Shown here: positions 38,501 to 49,860 of the stretch, in pieces
Numbering within the stretch: the first letter of the stretch is position 1
How the letters are laid out: every line of letters starts with the position of its first letter
DNA from: Anthoceros angustus
Taxonomy: Eukaryota; Plantae; Anthocerotophyta
Assembly (NCBI GenBank): GCA_010909165.1
Contig: VJWM01000260.1
Span: forward strand, 62,001-126,000
Direction: 5' to 3'
Length of the DNA: 64,000 bases
Program-made: the position numbers and the translations under genes
Notes under the pieces: model-generated
The model's input: the letters and a program-made list of their open reading frames with translations, nothing else
Databases searched by the model: none
What the model was told of the DNA's origin: nothing

Positions 38501-39630
38501 TCGGCGGTAGCTATATAAACCTAAAGCGCCCAATTGTTCTCACGATTTGAAATACTAGAGATTGGAGAATTAGATAATGTTTGGGTTCACTTATAACAAA
38601 TTGCTTTAAAATTCTAATGCTCAACATCAACATAAGTCTTCTACACTTATGAAGGAAGGATAGAAAATTTTAGTACGTAAATTAATAACTACAACAAGAT
38701 TCTTTGCGTGCAATTTATATGCGTGTTCGTCCTTCAAACCCTATCTTCCGAAAAATAGAGGTGGTTAAGAGTTAAAGGCTGACCGAAGAGTGAATATTGT
38801 GACCAATGGGAGGACGTTTCATCTTGGACCCTCATCAATGGAAAATTACAAGGCCACGAAACCTGTGAACCTCACACACACACGGCGTAACCGAAAGGAC
38901 ACTCGAGGACCCGGAAACTACCGAGGGATCAATCGGCTTGACAGTCTATTCGAAATATACACGCGCAAACTGTGAAGGGCAAGCACTATGGCAAAAGTTG
39001 TCCGCATCTTGGCTGATGCGTACCAAACGACGGGCCCCACGGATGGCAACCGCAGACACAAAAATCGAAGCCTATGGCACATGTCAGTGAGAGGTCCTTA
39101 CCAAAATGTGACGAAAAACTCCCAGCCCCTGCTTTAGACACAATAGCGTCCACATTCGGAGGCGAGCATATAAGGAATCTCCATATGAACACCCTAGCAG
39201 AGCCTTTTCAGCACGTCTACCAGCCTGGCCCGAAATCACAGGCTCGATGGCAGGGAAAGTTGCGAAGTTGCGAGGAAGGGAGAACCAATTTCGTTCCAAG
39301 CAGGCGAAAGTGGGTACATAAAGTTGGACGAGAAGGAGAAGCATTATATTTCTTTCAGCGAGTGCGGGCAAAAATGGTGACCAAGAGGAAGTAGCTTGAT
39401 ATCCCATGCTGTGTGCTGTAAAGGCAGGAAGGAGCTCCCGGTGCAGTAAACAAAATGAGTTAGATATTTACAATCCAGTGGAGGTGAATCTACAGTGGCT
39501 ACCCTCTCGTCCCTGCTCCAGTCCCAGCGCGGAGGAAAAATCAAACAAAAGGCAAGCAGCCAATGATAGCAAAGTGTGAAACTGAGACGCACAAGTCTGA
39601 TGAAGAGAGGAAAGAATTGACGCAAGGGCG

Positions 39631-40995
39631 TCATACTGGAGTGGTATCCTGCGGGTAGCTGCCCAACACCCGCAAGAAAGTGGCAAACTCTTGCAACTGC
39701 CCGAGCGCGTTCTGCGAGCGGGGATCGGCCATGGAAGCCTCGAAATCAACGTAGAAGAGATAATCAAAGCACTTGGCGGTGCCGTTGTTGCTGTCATCCA
39801 CGACGCGCAGCGGGCGGTTCCTTTGCGGCCTGCTCTCGATCTTGGTGAGGTTGATCCCTCGGAGCGCGAAACAAGACAGCGCCTTGAACAATACCCCCGG
39901 GCCTTCCTCCAGCGTGAAGACGACGCTGGTCTTGAAGGGCCGATCGTTCCTGGGAATGATGGGCTCCCGCGCCAGCATCAAGAAGCGCGTGACATTCCCC
40001 GTGTCGTCCTGGATCCCGTCCGCGAGAATCTCCAGCCCGTAGATGGCCGCGGCCCGGGAGCTGGCCACGGCGCCCGTGTCCCGCATCTTGTGCTCCATCA
40101 CGAACTGCGCGGCCCCGGCGGTGTCGTCGAACGCCTCCCGCACCACCCCGAGCTTGGCCAGGCTGTGCTCGCACTGCGCCAGCGCCTGCGGGTGGCTCAC
40201 CACCCGCCGGAGCTCCTCCTTCTTCACCCCCGGCATCCCCAGCAGGCAGTGGTGCACGCCCAGCTGCACCTCCCCCACGATGTGCAGCCGGTGGCGCAGC
40301 AGCAGGTCGTAGTTCCGGTGGATGCTCCCCCCAATGGAGTTCTCGATGGGCAGCACGGCCCGGTCCACCAGCCAGAGCTCCACCGCCTGGAAGGCCGCCT
40401 CGAACTGCTCGCAGGGCACCGACTCGGAGCTGGGGTACGCCTTGGCGGCCGCGGCCTCACTGTACGCCCCCGGCACGCCCTGGTACGCCACCCGGATGCG
40501 GTCCCCGTGCAGGACCTTCTTCTCCACCAGAGTGAGCGGCTTGGGCAGGGTGACCAGGTCCCTGCTGCCCTCCACGCCGCTGCCGTTCGCCGCCCCGTTC
40601 CCGTTCCCGCCCCCGCTCCCGCTCCCGCTCCCACTCCCGCTCCCGCTGCTGGTGGCCACCACCTGGAGCGCTGCCTCCGGGCGGGCCTCGGTCTCCGCCA
40701 ACGTCGCCCACTGCCCGGTTAGCATCGCGCAGGAGCTCTCCCACTGCGCGCCCCTCCCCACCTGCAGCGCCGGGTCCGCCGCCATGGGCCACGACGCCTG
40801 CCCCACATTGTACCCCGACGCCCGCAAATTCCCGACCCCGCTGCCCTCCTGCCGCCGCGACCCCGCCTGCCTCTGCCCCGAAACGGCCACCTTCACCTTC
40901 CGCTTCAGCCCCGCGGACAGCGCGTCGCCGCTGCAGCTGGACTTGCATTCCGCCACCTTCGCCGCCGCCCCGGCACGCATCGCCAAGGCCGCCAT
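39631..40995 (-). CDS. ADT: Arogenate/prephenate dehydratase, plastid-targeted, intronless, 454 aa
   Basis: [62 protein letters not shown] and the ACT domain KTSVVF...LTKIESRP...[12 protein letters not shown]...LRVLGSYP. Transit-peptide-like N-terminus with WESSCAML. First ATG at 40995. Confidence 0.97.
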   Translation of the reverse strand: MAALAMRAGAAAKVAECKSSCSGDALSAGLKRKVKVAVSGQRQAGSRRQEGSGVGNLRASGYNVGQASWPMAADPALQVGRGAQWESSCAMLTGQWATLAETEARPEAALQVVATSSGSGSGSGSGSGGGNGNGAANGSGVEGSRDLVTLPKPLTLVEKKVLHGDRIRVAYQGVPGAYSEAAAAKAYPSSESVPCEQFEAAFQAVELWLVDRAVLPIENSIGGSIHRNYDLLLRHRLHIVGEVQLGVHHCLLGMPGVKKEELRRVVSHPQALAQCEHSLAKLGVVREAFDDTAGAAQFVMEHKMRDTGAVASSRAAAIYGLEILADGIQDDTGNVTRFLMLAREPIIPRNDRPFKTSVVFTLEEGPGVLFKALSCFALRGINLTKIESRPQRNRPLRVVDDSNNGTAKCFDYLFYVDFEASMADPRSQNALGQLQEFATFLRVLGSYPQDTTPV

Positions 40996-42420
40996 CGCAG
41001 CAGCTCGGGGCGAGCAGAGCACCCACCGAGAGAAAGATGAGGTCGAAGGACGTCGGAAAGCAAAGAAATGAAAGAAGCAAGGAAAAGGAAGAGAGGACGC
41101 GAGCGCAGCGCACAGGAAGGGCGTGAAGAAGACACGAAGAAGAGCAGGATGGGGAGGACAAGAGAGGGGTTACTCAGATCAGTGACGTCTCAGACGAGCA
41201 ACACGGCAGAGGCCAGGGGCAGGGACAGAGGCAGGGGCAGGCCAGGCCGCACGGAAAGATGGTGGCGACGCCTTAGTGTCGATCGACCGAGGGGGCCGGA
41301 TCGGGCACGCACGGCACGGCCAACACGGACCCCTGCTTTATGCGTTTCACCTGACAAAGAGACGCGGGCGCGCGGGCCCTAGCCGGTGGCCGCCGGTTGG
41401 CGCGTGGGGCGTGACCGGGAATCGGTCAAGGGGCTCCAATTATGGAGCACTGTTACAGCTACAGCGAGGCTCCGTGGCCCTCGCCTCACCGTGGACTGGG
41501 CTCGAGTTCCGCCGTTCCGCCCTTCCGCCCTTGCGCCTGCTCCTACCGGGGCTGTGCTGTGAAGCTATTATTATTATTATTTGTATGGAGCTGGTGGAAA
41601 CGGTTTTACTGTAGCGCCGTCCCCCGGAACAGGAGCGGCACGTGTCCGCGCCATTATTACACTCCCACGTGACCGACCGGGGATTCCCGGTGGACCGCCC
41701 GGGCCACAACCACAAATCGATGGCGCGAATCCCGAACGGGGAACGGGGCTGGGGGGCTGGGCAACCGTCCATGTGCTCTCTGTGCTCCCCTGCAACCTCC
41801 AATAATGCAATAATGCAGGGCTTGGGGGAGTGGTTCGCGGTAGGTACGACTCGCTCCACTGTCGTGCTCCCGTCGTCACTGCGGCTTTGGAAGGTTCCGC
41901 TCCGTTGGTTGTCGTGGCTGCAATGTGAAAGCGGGTTCCTGGTTCCTGGTTGCTGGTTGCTGGTTGCTGGAGGAAGACGATGAAGCAGGCTACGTTGTGA
42001 GCTTGTTACATTTGTGCAGATGATTGCACAACAATGCCTCGGATCCGCCTCCCTTTACATCGCTTGCTGTAACTGTTTTGTACCTATAATGTACATGGAT
42101 CAGTTGTTGTACAATGATTAGGGCACGATGTTGCCCACGCGCAAGATACCCGCCGGAAATGAGCTTGGCGTGTTTCCGCTCATCCTTGATTCTCCCAGGA
42201 GTCGTGACACCGACTGCCTTCGCCACCATCACGCTCCAAACCTTGCAACTTCCTCCAAGATAAGCACGCCTGGAAGGCAGGAGAACTGCATGCAAGAGGA
42301 GGAAAGAAAGGGGAAGGAAGGGGAAGGAAGGGAAAGGAAGGGAAAGGAAGGGCATCGCTATTGCAACGGAGTAGGCTGGGGCTCGGGAGGAAGTAGCGAG
42401 ATCCAGGTCCATCTGCAGGC

Positions 42421-43417
42421 ATGGCCCAGGCAACACAACTGATTTCTGCAGCTCGTACGCCATCGCAGCTACGGCAGGAGGCCCCGTGGCTGCAATCTTG
42501 CACCACTCCTCATCGGAGTCCGCGTGCTCGACCTGAGCATGGCATGGCCGAAACAGACCTCCGCGGCGCCAGTGCGGGTGTCCGCGCATCTGCCGGGGAA
42601 ACCAGGTCGATGCACCCGCACCAGCACCATCACCGGCTGGATCCTTACGCAATTCTGGGGGTCAGCAGAGGCGCATCAAGGCACGAAATCAAGCAAGCTT
42701 ACCGTCGCCTTGTGCTCCGGGTAACCACCCAAGGCAAATCCGATTCCAACATGTCCCGATTCCCGATGCATGCAACTGCTAGACCGGGTGCTGGCAGCTA
42801 TTGCTATTACACTACCAAAATCTTGCCGCTGACTCCTTCACAATGCGACTGTGCAGTACCACCCGGACGTCTGCCGCGATGAATACAGCGGGCCCGAGTT
42901 CCAGCGCATTCACGCTGCTTACGAGGTACGTATGCGCTGTGTACGTTGTGCAACGCAATTTGTATCGGTACCAGTACCGGCATCGCTGCTGCTGCGCATG
43001 ATGCGAACTGCACTGCTACCAGAATCTGCAGAATGGCTAGAAAACAGAGAGGGACGAGGCCTGTAGCACCAGCGTCACGTGCATTGGCCGTTAACAAAGC
43101 TCGAATGAATTGCGTTTCTCGCCTGGCCCAGACCCATGACATTTCCTGTTGTCATTGGCTGGCAGAAAATTGTGAACTCCTGGAGCCGCCTCGTACCTCG
43201 AGAGGATCAAACCGCTTGGAACGCCGCTCCCTGCTATCAGCAAATGTCACATGCAGGGGAACGAGAATCATGTGATAACCTCTATTCCCCTCCAGATAAT
43301 GGCAGTTGCACTTGCTATTGCTACATCAACGGCACCTGCCATTGCAATCGCACGCACCATTCAAACTCCCGGCAGTCTTCCAATTCCAAGAGCTCATCGC
43401 GCTGGGAAGACTGGTAG
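42421..43417 (+). CDS. J8/DJC22-like plastid J-domain protein, divergent paralog with Cys-rich C-terminus
   Basis: Exons 42421-42720, 42857-42925 and 43166-43417 (GT-AG, all phase 0): ...DPYAILGVSRGASRHEIKQAYRRLVLR|YHPDVCRDEYSGPEFQRIHAAYE|KIVNSW...RWEDW*. HPD motif intact; intron positions match the 56882 paralog. The exon 3 acceptor is inferred. Confidence 0.82.
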
Positions 43418-44012
43418 CACGCCATTCATGGAAATCCAAGCAAGAGCTCAAGTATCTATAATTTGCAAACCCCGACCACTAGTACTACACTGAGCTAGCC
43501 TGCAGCTAGCTAGCTAGATTGTACATGAAAATGTTAACAACAACATTATACAACCCTTTTCTGGGGAGCAAAAGGAAGGCCTAGCAGAGGCTGGACAAGA
43601 AGATAAAAAGACGAGAATCTGGACAACGGGAGCGCAGCAATGCAGACTTGGAGCACATGTGAAATGCACCAGCTTGAGGCTGGGATTCCTCCAGCCCCCG
43701 TCTCCAACCGGAACAGCAGGCTCCTGAGAGTACCACAATCATGTCACAGGCTGGGGACAAAAAAAAAACCCAGCAGCAGTAGTGGCACCATCCAGGAGCT
43801 GCAGTGCCGTGCCGTGCCGTGCCATGCCCTTGCCATGCACATGGACGACGACTGAAAGGGGCCCCTCCTCCCAAGGCCCAGATTGCGGCAAACGCATGGC
43901 CATGGCATGCGTTTGCCACGTCGCAATTCCGAGTGATGTCAACAAATTGCGTGGAAAGAATGGTACAGGCAACGCTAGCTAGCTAGGGTTTCCACTCCAG
44001 GAACGCACGACG

Positions 44013-44939
44013 TCACACATTGAGGAAGAAATGGTTGTCAGGCGATGCACCTGCGTAGGCGAAGGCGGAGACGGCATCGGGACGGTCCGCGTCCAGATCC
44101 AAGGGGCCCGGGAGAGTGAGGAAGCAGTCGAAGTTGAGCTCGTACTCGTCCAGCTCCAGCTCCAGCAAATCGTCGATACGCGCGATGGAAAAGTCATGGT
44201 GGCCATGCTTGGAGCTGGCCATGTGCGTGAGGTAGGCGAGAATGAGCTTCTCGTTGTGGAATCTGCGGAGCTTGCCCGTGAGCACGCCGTCGAAGGCGTG
44301 CATGATGCGCTTGCACATGGCGTCGGCCCAGTCCACGGGAGTGCCGGCGTACTCGGCGTAGACGACGCTGAGGAATTTCCAGGGCACCTTGCTCTGATTG
44401 GAGCGCTCGTAGAAGAATTGGTAGCGCTGCTTGCACAGGTCCCGCAGCTTCTTGGGAGTAATGCTGTTCAATTTCACCTGCTTGTTGGCGGCAGGCAGCG
44501 CGGAGTGGTGCTGGATGAAGAAGTCGCGGGAGTGGAAGCAGGCCGCCTCCTCGAAGGGCACTGTGCCCGGCTGAAACCCTGGCATGAAGCGCAGCAGCGT
44601 GTCGGGCGAGATTTTGATCACGGCGCCCTTGAATTGCACGGTGCAGTCCCGGATGCTCACGCCCTGGATGTCCGCCACGGAGATGGAACCCAGCTCCACC
44701 TCCTCCTCCCGCTGGCCCTGCTGCTGCTGCCGCTGCTGCCTCGGCCCCGGCCCCGGCCCCGACCCCGGCCCCGGCCCCAGCACACAGTCCGCGAAGGCGG
44801 CCCTGCTCCCCTCGCCGGGCGCGTCCGCCTCGGGCTCCGGCTCAGGGTCATCAAACCCCATGCTGGCCATGCTTTTTTGCGCGGCTCCGGCTCCGGCTCC
44901 GGCTCCGGCTCGCTCACCAAGCCGCCGCCGCGGCGGCAT
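44013..44939 (-). CDS. Hypothetical intronless protein, 308 aa (low-complexity N-terminus, globular C-terminal domain)
   Basis: Intact ORF from ATG 44939 (MPPRRRLG...) with strong G/C third-position bias like the neighbouring ADT gene. Globular part: LRDLCKQRYQFFYERSNQSKVPWKFLSVVYAEYAGTPVDWADAMCKRIMHAF. No family recognised with confidence. Confidence 0.7.
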   Translation of the reverse strand: MPPRRRLGERAGAGAGAGAAQKSMASMGFDDPEPEPEADAPGEGSRAAFADCVLGPGPGSGPGPGPRQQRQQQQGQREEEVELGSISVADIQGVSIRDCTVQFKGAVIKISPDTLLRFMPGFQPGTVPFEEAACFHSRDFFIQHHSALPAANKQVKLNSITPKKLRDLCKQRYQFFYERSNQSKVPWKFLSVVYAEYAGTPVDWADAMCKRIMHAFDGVLTGKLRRFHNEKLILAYLTHMASSKHGHHDFSIARIDDLLELELDEYELNFDCFLTLPGPLDLDADRPDAVSAFAYAGASPDNHFFLNV

Positions 44940-46074
44940 GGCGTGACATCCCCCTTCACCTCCCCAGCCTCGCCATAGCCGACGGTGACCGCCCCCCACT
45001 GGGCTCGGAGTCTGGGAAGCGCCTATGCCCTGGCCTTGCCCTGGCGATGTCCCGCGTACACACGCGGGCGCGGCCCTGCTCTCCTCTGCCTCGTCCCCCG
45101 CACTCTGCACTCTCCACTCTGTGCACTTGCACCACTGCAGAGCATCTCCCCACGTGTTACCTTGCGCTGCCTGCGGAATATGCTCAGCCCCGGTTTGACA
45201 TTGTAAACGCCAGCCCAGCCAACCAGCCAGCCAGCCAGCAAGCCTGCCAGCTGATGTCGTACAAGTCAACCTTCCATTCACTTCACCACTGCCCTTATAT
45301 GTACACCCTAGCTATCTATTTCATATGACCCCACAATGTTAGGTTCACACAAGTGTATCGGGGCATACGCAAAGGGCTTATATTTGGTTATACAAGACTG
45401 TCCGCTGGCCGTATTCGGAATTTCAGAGTAGTTGCACGGGGCTACCACCTACCGGCACGTCCAACCTAAAAAATATTTAAATTAAATATTATATTTTTAT
45501 AAAATAATATTTATGACACTACTACATGTAAGAAATAATGAGTAGCTCTAATTTCACATGTTTCAATACCCTCCTTACAACACGCTCTCGATGCCCACAT
45601 TTGATCATCAATTTCCACATGTTTTAATACCCTTCTTGCAACACGCTCTCAATACCGTCTATTGGTCATCGACGAGAGGTGATCAATATGGCTTCATCAA
45701 ACCTGGAGATACAAATCTTGCTCGAGGATTTAGGACACTACCGTTCGAATGTAGTTGAGCTGTTGTTGGAATAGTAGTTGGCCACTTGGCAAACTAACCA
45801 ACCATAACACGAACATTACATCTATCCATGGACCTCCTCAAGGATTTAGGATACTACCGTTTGAATGTAGTTGAGCTGCAGCTAAAATAGCAGTTGGCCA
45901 CTTGGCAAACTAACAGTTGGCAAATTAACCAACCATAACATGAACACTACATATATCCATGGACCGGTTCGCACTGGAGGCTCGGTCAAACAACACGAAT
46001 TGAACTACGGATATGAACTAGAGCCACTCAGGAAAAGCCAATCAATTCCATTGAATTGAACTGTCTACCACCTG

Positions 46075-49000
46075 TGCATGGTCATGGAGAGCACTTGAAA
46101 ACGAACAGCTTGAGAGCATTACAGGAATGTGTTGAATTGAAAGTGTGACAGAGTGCAAAAGGTCTGATCGTGAAACAGTGTGTTTGCTCAGCTGAATTCA
46201 GAGCAATTGACGTCTTGGACTTCCAACTCACAATGCCACCTGCAAGCATAAAGATAGAACCACTAGTGAATTTCCTTGTGTCAAGATCTCCCACCCAATC
46301 TACGTCGGTCCAGCCAATAAGCTTGGTTTGCGCATTAGGACCTCCTTTACACTGAATTCCACGGGTTCTTGTCCGTTGTAGATATCTAAGGATTCTGTTG
46401 GCAGCCACCCAATGCAACTTGCCGAGATTGGATAGGAACTGAGATACATGTCCATTAAGACATGCTACATCTATTTGAGTGTACCGAGCTAAATGTTGAA
46501 CACTACCAACTACTCCAGCATATGGAACTAATTACATCTCTGCAGTTTCAATATGTGATTGAGGTGATATTGTTTTGCTTAGCCAGAGCATGTTTGCATG
46601 GGTGTATTAGCTGGTTTGCAACAAGACATCTGATACTTGGTTGGCAAATTAGAGACATAGATGCCTTGAGGTAAAGTGATACTATGATGAGATGGATCTT
46701 GAACAACCTGAATGCCAAGGCAATATGTCATACTACTACTTTCTGTCATCTTGAATTCTTTCCTAAGGTCAGACTTGCACTCAACTAAATATGTCTCGTT
46801 GTTAGAAACCATAATGAGGTCATCAACATAAAGATTCATCATTAGAAGCTGCTTCCAACGGTTTCTAATGAAGACACTCGCATAGCTGACACCCACACTC
46901 TAATGAACTTTTGATATATAGCCTAGGCTGAGCAAATGTAGTTGAAAGCTTTCATACAAGCCTCTTGGAGACTATTTGAGTCCATAAAGTGTTTTCTTAA
47001 GTAGGCAGACCTTGGACTCTTGGCCTGGAGCTTCATATCCTGGAGGCTATTGTGCGTAGATTTCCTCCTTTAAGATTCCATGTAGAAAAGCCGTCTCCAC
47101 ATCTATTTGGTGTATAAAGAGACTGTACAGAGCAGCTAAGGCTATCATCACGCGAAGAGAGGTGAGCTTGACTACCGGGCTAAAAATGTTTGATTCTGAG
47201 AAGTCAACTTCTTTCTTCTGCATGAACCCCCAGGAATTGGATTCTAGTCCCGCAAGGGCTCCTTTAACGGGAACTATATCAACACTGAAAAGAGCATGAG
47301 CAGAAAGCCGTTGGGACTTCTCGAAAGTAAGGTCATGAAACTTTACACTGGGAATCCCTCTGGTCGATCTGGTGGATCGTCTTGTAGTCTCAGGAACAAG
47401 TTGATCATGCACGAAAACATGCGGATCTACCCCTATTCCCCCTTGTTACTGAGCAAGATCAAGGAAAAGAGGGTGGCCGACATCGGGAGCCATTTGTAGG
47501 ACAGGGTTAGCAGAAGGGGTGAAAGGAGTCCCCCTTGTCGCAAGGCTGTTGGAATTAGAGTCTGAATCAAAAGACGAGTGAGAGTCCGCTGGAGAGACCG
47601 GAGCAGTGTGGTGAGATGGCGCGGGTATCACCACAGCAGGTTGAGGAGCAGGGGTGATCGCGGGTTGCTGGAGGTGGTTGAAAAACATCTTCCTGAAATG
47701 TGGTGACTATAGGTGGGCGAGTCATGTCATTGACGGCGCGGCCGGCTGCAGAGAGAGTATCGGGAGAAGGACAACCAATCTCTATTTTCTAAAACACAAG
47801 CCTGAAGCGTTTCCCAGCTTCTAGGCTTTTCAAGCCTATGCTGAAAATCAAACTGGACAGAAGATCAAAATCTTCCGATAATGCAAGAGAACTTACCTCC
47901 CTTTTCTGAGGATCATCTCCTGTCTCACGAAATCCAACATCAAAAGATCGTTCTGTATTCTCATCAGCAACTAGGCAAGGCCGAAAGACGGCATCGGTCG
48001 ATCATGGATGGTCTGTGTAGCTCTCTTGCCACAATTGTTCTCCCCAATCATTTGTGGGCAGAGGCCGCTGCTGCTATCTGCTATGTTCAAAATAGATGCG
48101 GGACTTCCACTGTACCCGACAAGACACCGTATGAGATCTGGATGGGGAAGAAACCAACTGTCAACCACTTGCATATATTTGGGTGCACCGCTTACAAATA
48201 CGTTCCGCTGGAGATAAGAAAGAAGTTTGACCCCCGCTTTGTCAAACTCATCTTTGTGGGCTATGGAGAAGCTTCTGAAGTAAAGGGTTACCGCCTTTTC
48301 GATTGCCACAAAATTAGTTTCACCCTTGCTCGCAATGTGATTTTTTATGAAGCTTCTCTGTGGCTGAAGTCATCCAGCAAGACGTACATGTGCAACTTTC
48401 TTATCAAGGTAGCTGTCTGCATAGGGCCACAAAGATCAACGTGCACTAATTCAAGGATACTTGATGTGTGTGTATGAGATCTAGGGTAGGACTGGCTATC
48501 ATGTTTGCCAACTACACAGCCAGGGCACAAAGGTAAAGCCCGCAACTTGGGTGGTAATCTGAAGACTAGATTTTTGGTGCATATCCTCTGCATGGCCTAA
48601 AAGTGTAAGTGTGCTAAGCGCAAGTGCCACAACTTAGTGCTAGCATCTGTTTGGGAAGGTGCTAAACTATGTGTGGGATGTGCAGAAATTGAGGTTTCAG
48701 GCAGGATGCCGAAAGCGACGTAGAACAGTTTGCCACTTGGTGGATAAAAGAGCTTGACTAGTTGCCCTGAGGTGTTTCTAAATGGCTATGAAGCAACCTT
48801 TACGAGAAAAGATAATTTTGCTAGTTGGTGAATTAGTGGCCTATGTGACTGAAAACAAATTGTGTGTCAGTGCAAGGACATGCTGGACGTCTTTGATGAA
48901 GGCTGCTAGCATGGTTCTAGAGTTGCACGTTGACCATGCCATTACCAACTGCCATGTGTGGAGAGCCATCTCCCATGTAGACAGGCTGTGAAGCGAGTAA

Positions 49001-49860
49001 AGAGGTATAATAGAAGAACCAATCCCTCCGAGGGAACACGTGCTCAATTGCGCCACTGTCTAGGAGCCACATGTCTTGTGTCGACTTTTCACTATTTAGA
49101 CTACCAGGCATAGCACGTAGGAAGGGTCTTGTCCAGCAGCTTGCGTAGTGTTAACTGAAGCTGGTGCTGAAGTAGGGTTGTTAATCCATGCAACTTTGTC
49201 CTGTTTCTTTTTCCTACAGTCAGGTGCTATGTGCCCTGGTTTCTGACAATAATGACATATCTTATTCCTATTTTCAGGATTATTAAAAGGAGGGATCTAT
49301 TGGGATCCTCCGAAAGTGGAAGAAGAGGGTTTTCCATGTTTCCAATGTTTCTTATTTCCAACGAATAGAGCAGAGCTACCCCCAGATGTACTGGAGGAGG
49401 AACGAGTCTCCCTCAACCTAGCTCCTTGCTAATAATGATATCTGGTTTGTGCAAAGTTAATGGATTGTTTGACAAGTTTGTTGGTTGTCCTTTGATGTAG
49501 AAGAATGATTTCTGAATTCGAAAGACTAGGTTGCGTCATACGTCTACAGAAATCATTCTTGGTTTTGCTTCTACTACGTTCATGAGAATGTCTGGAGTTT
49601 CCAGCACATTGTGGACGGAGCCTTCGGCTGTCCATGATGTTGCCTCTCGATGTTACTAGGACAGAGTCATGATCAGCATCTGTCCATGCTTGACTTTTGC
49701 GCCAAGCATATTGAATGCTCTTCTTGTCATGCTTTGATACCACGTGCGTGGTCATGGAGACCACTTGAAAACGAACAGCTTGAGAGCATTTCAGGAATAT
49801 GTTGAATTGAAAGTGTGACGGAGTACAAAAGGTCTGATCGTGAAATGGTGTGTCTGTTCA
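46075..49860 (-). mobile_element. Decayed Ty1/copia LTR retrotransposon
   Basis: 116-bp direct repeats at 46075-46190 and 49745-49860 (TG...CA, 10 mismatches by my count). PBS TGGTATCAAAGC (tRNA-iMet type) at 49731-49742. Zinc knuckle CHYCQKPGHIAPDC (~49250), protease WLLDSGA, ELVHVDLCGP, RT FIHQIDVETAFLHG / LYVDDLI, and RNase H start WTDVDWVGD. Most of RNase H and the PPT are missing; no clean TSD. Confidence 0.92.
49731..49742 (-). other. Primer-binding site (tRNA-iMet type) of the copia element
   Basis: The reverse complement TGGTATCAAAGC lies 2 nt inside the 5' LTR. Confidence 0.85.

Noticed and set aside
38980-39394. Possible gypsy integrase remnant (QTTGPTDG..., NSVH...SPYE)
   Set aside because: Only scattered residues in different frames; not supportable.
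39691-41161. Overlapping ORFs on both strands of ADT (343, 249 and 234 aa)
   Set aside because: Shadow frames caused by very high GC3 in the true ADT CDS.
44031-44978. 315-aa plus-strand ORF
   Set aside because: Antisense shadow of the 44013-44939 gene; codon bias favours the minus strand.
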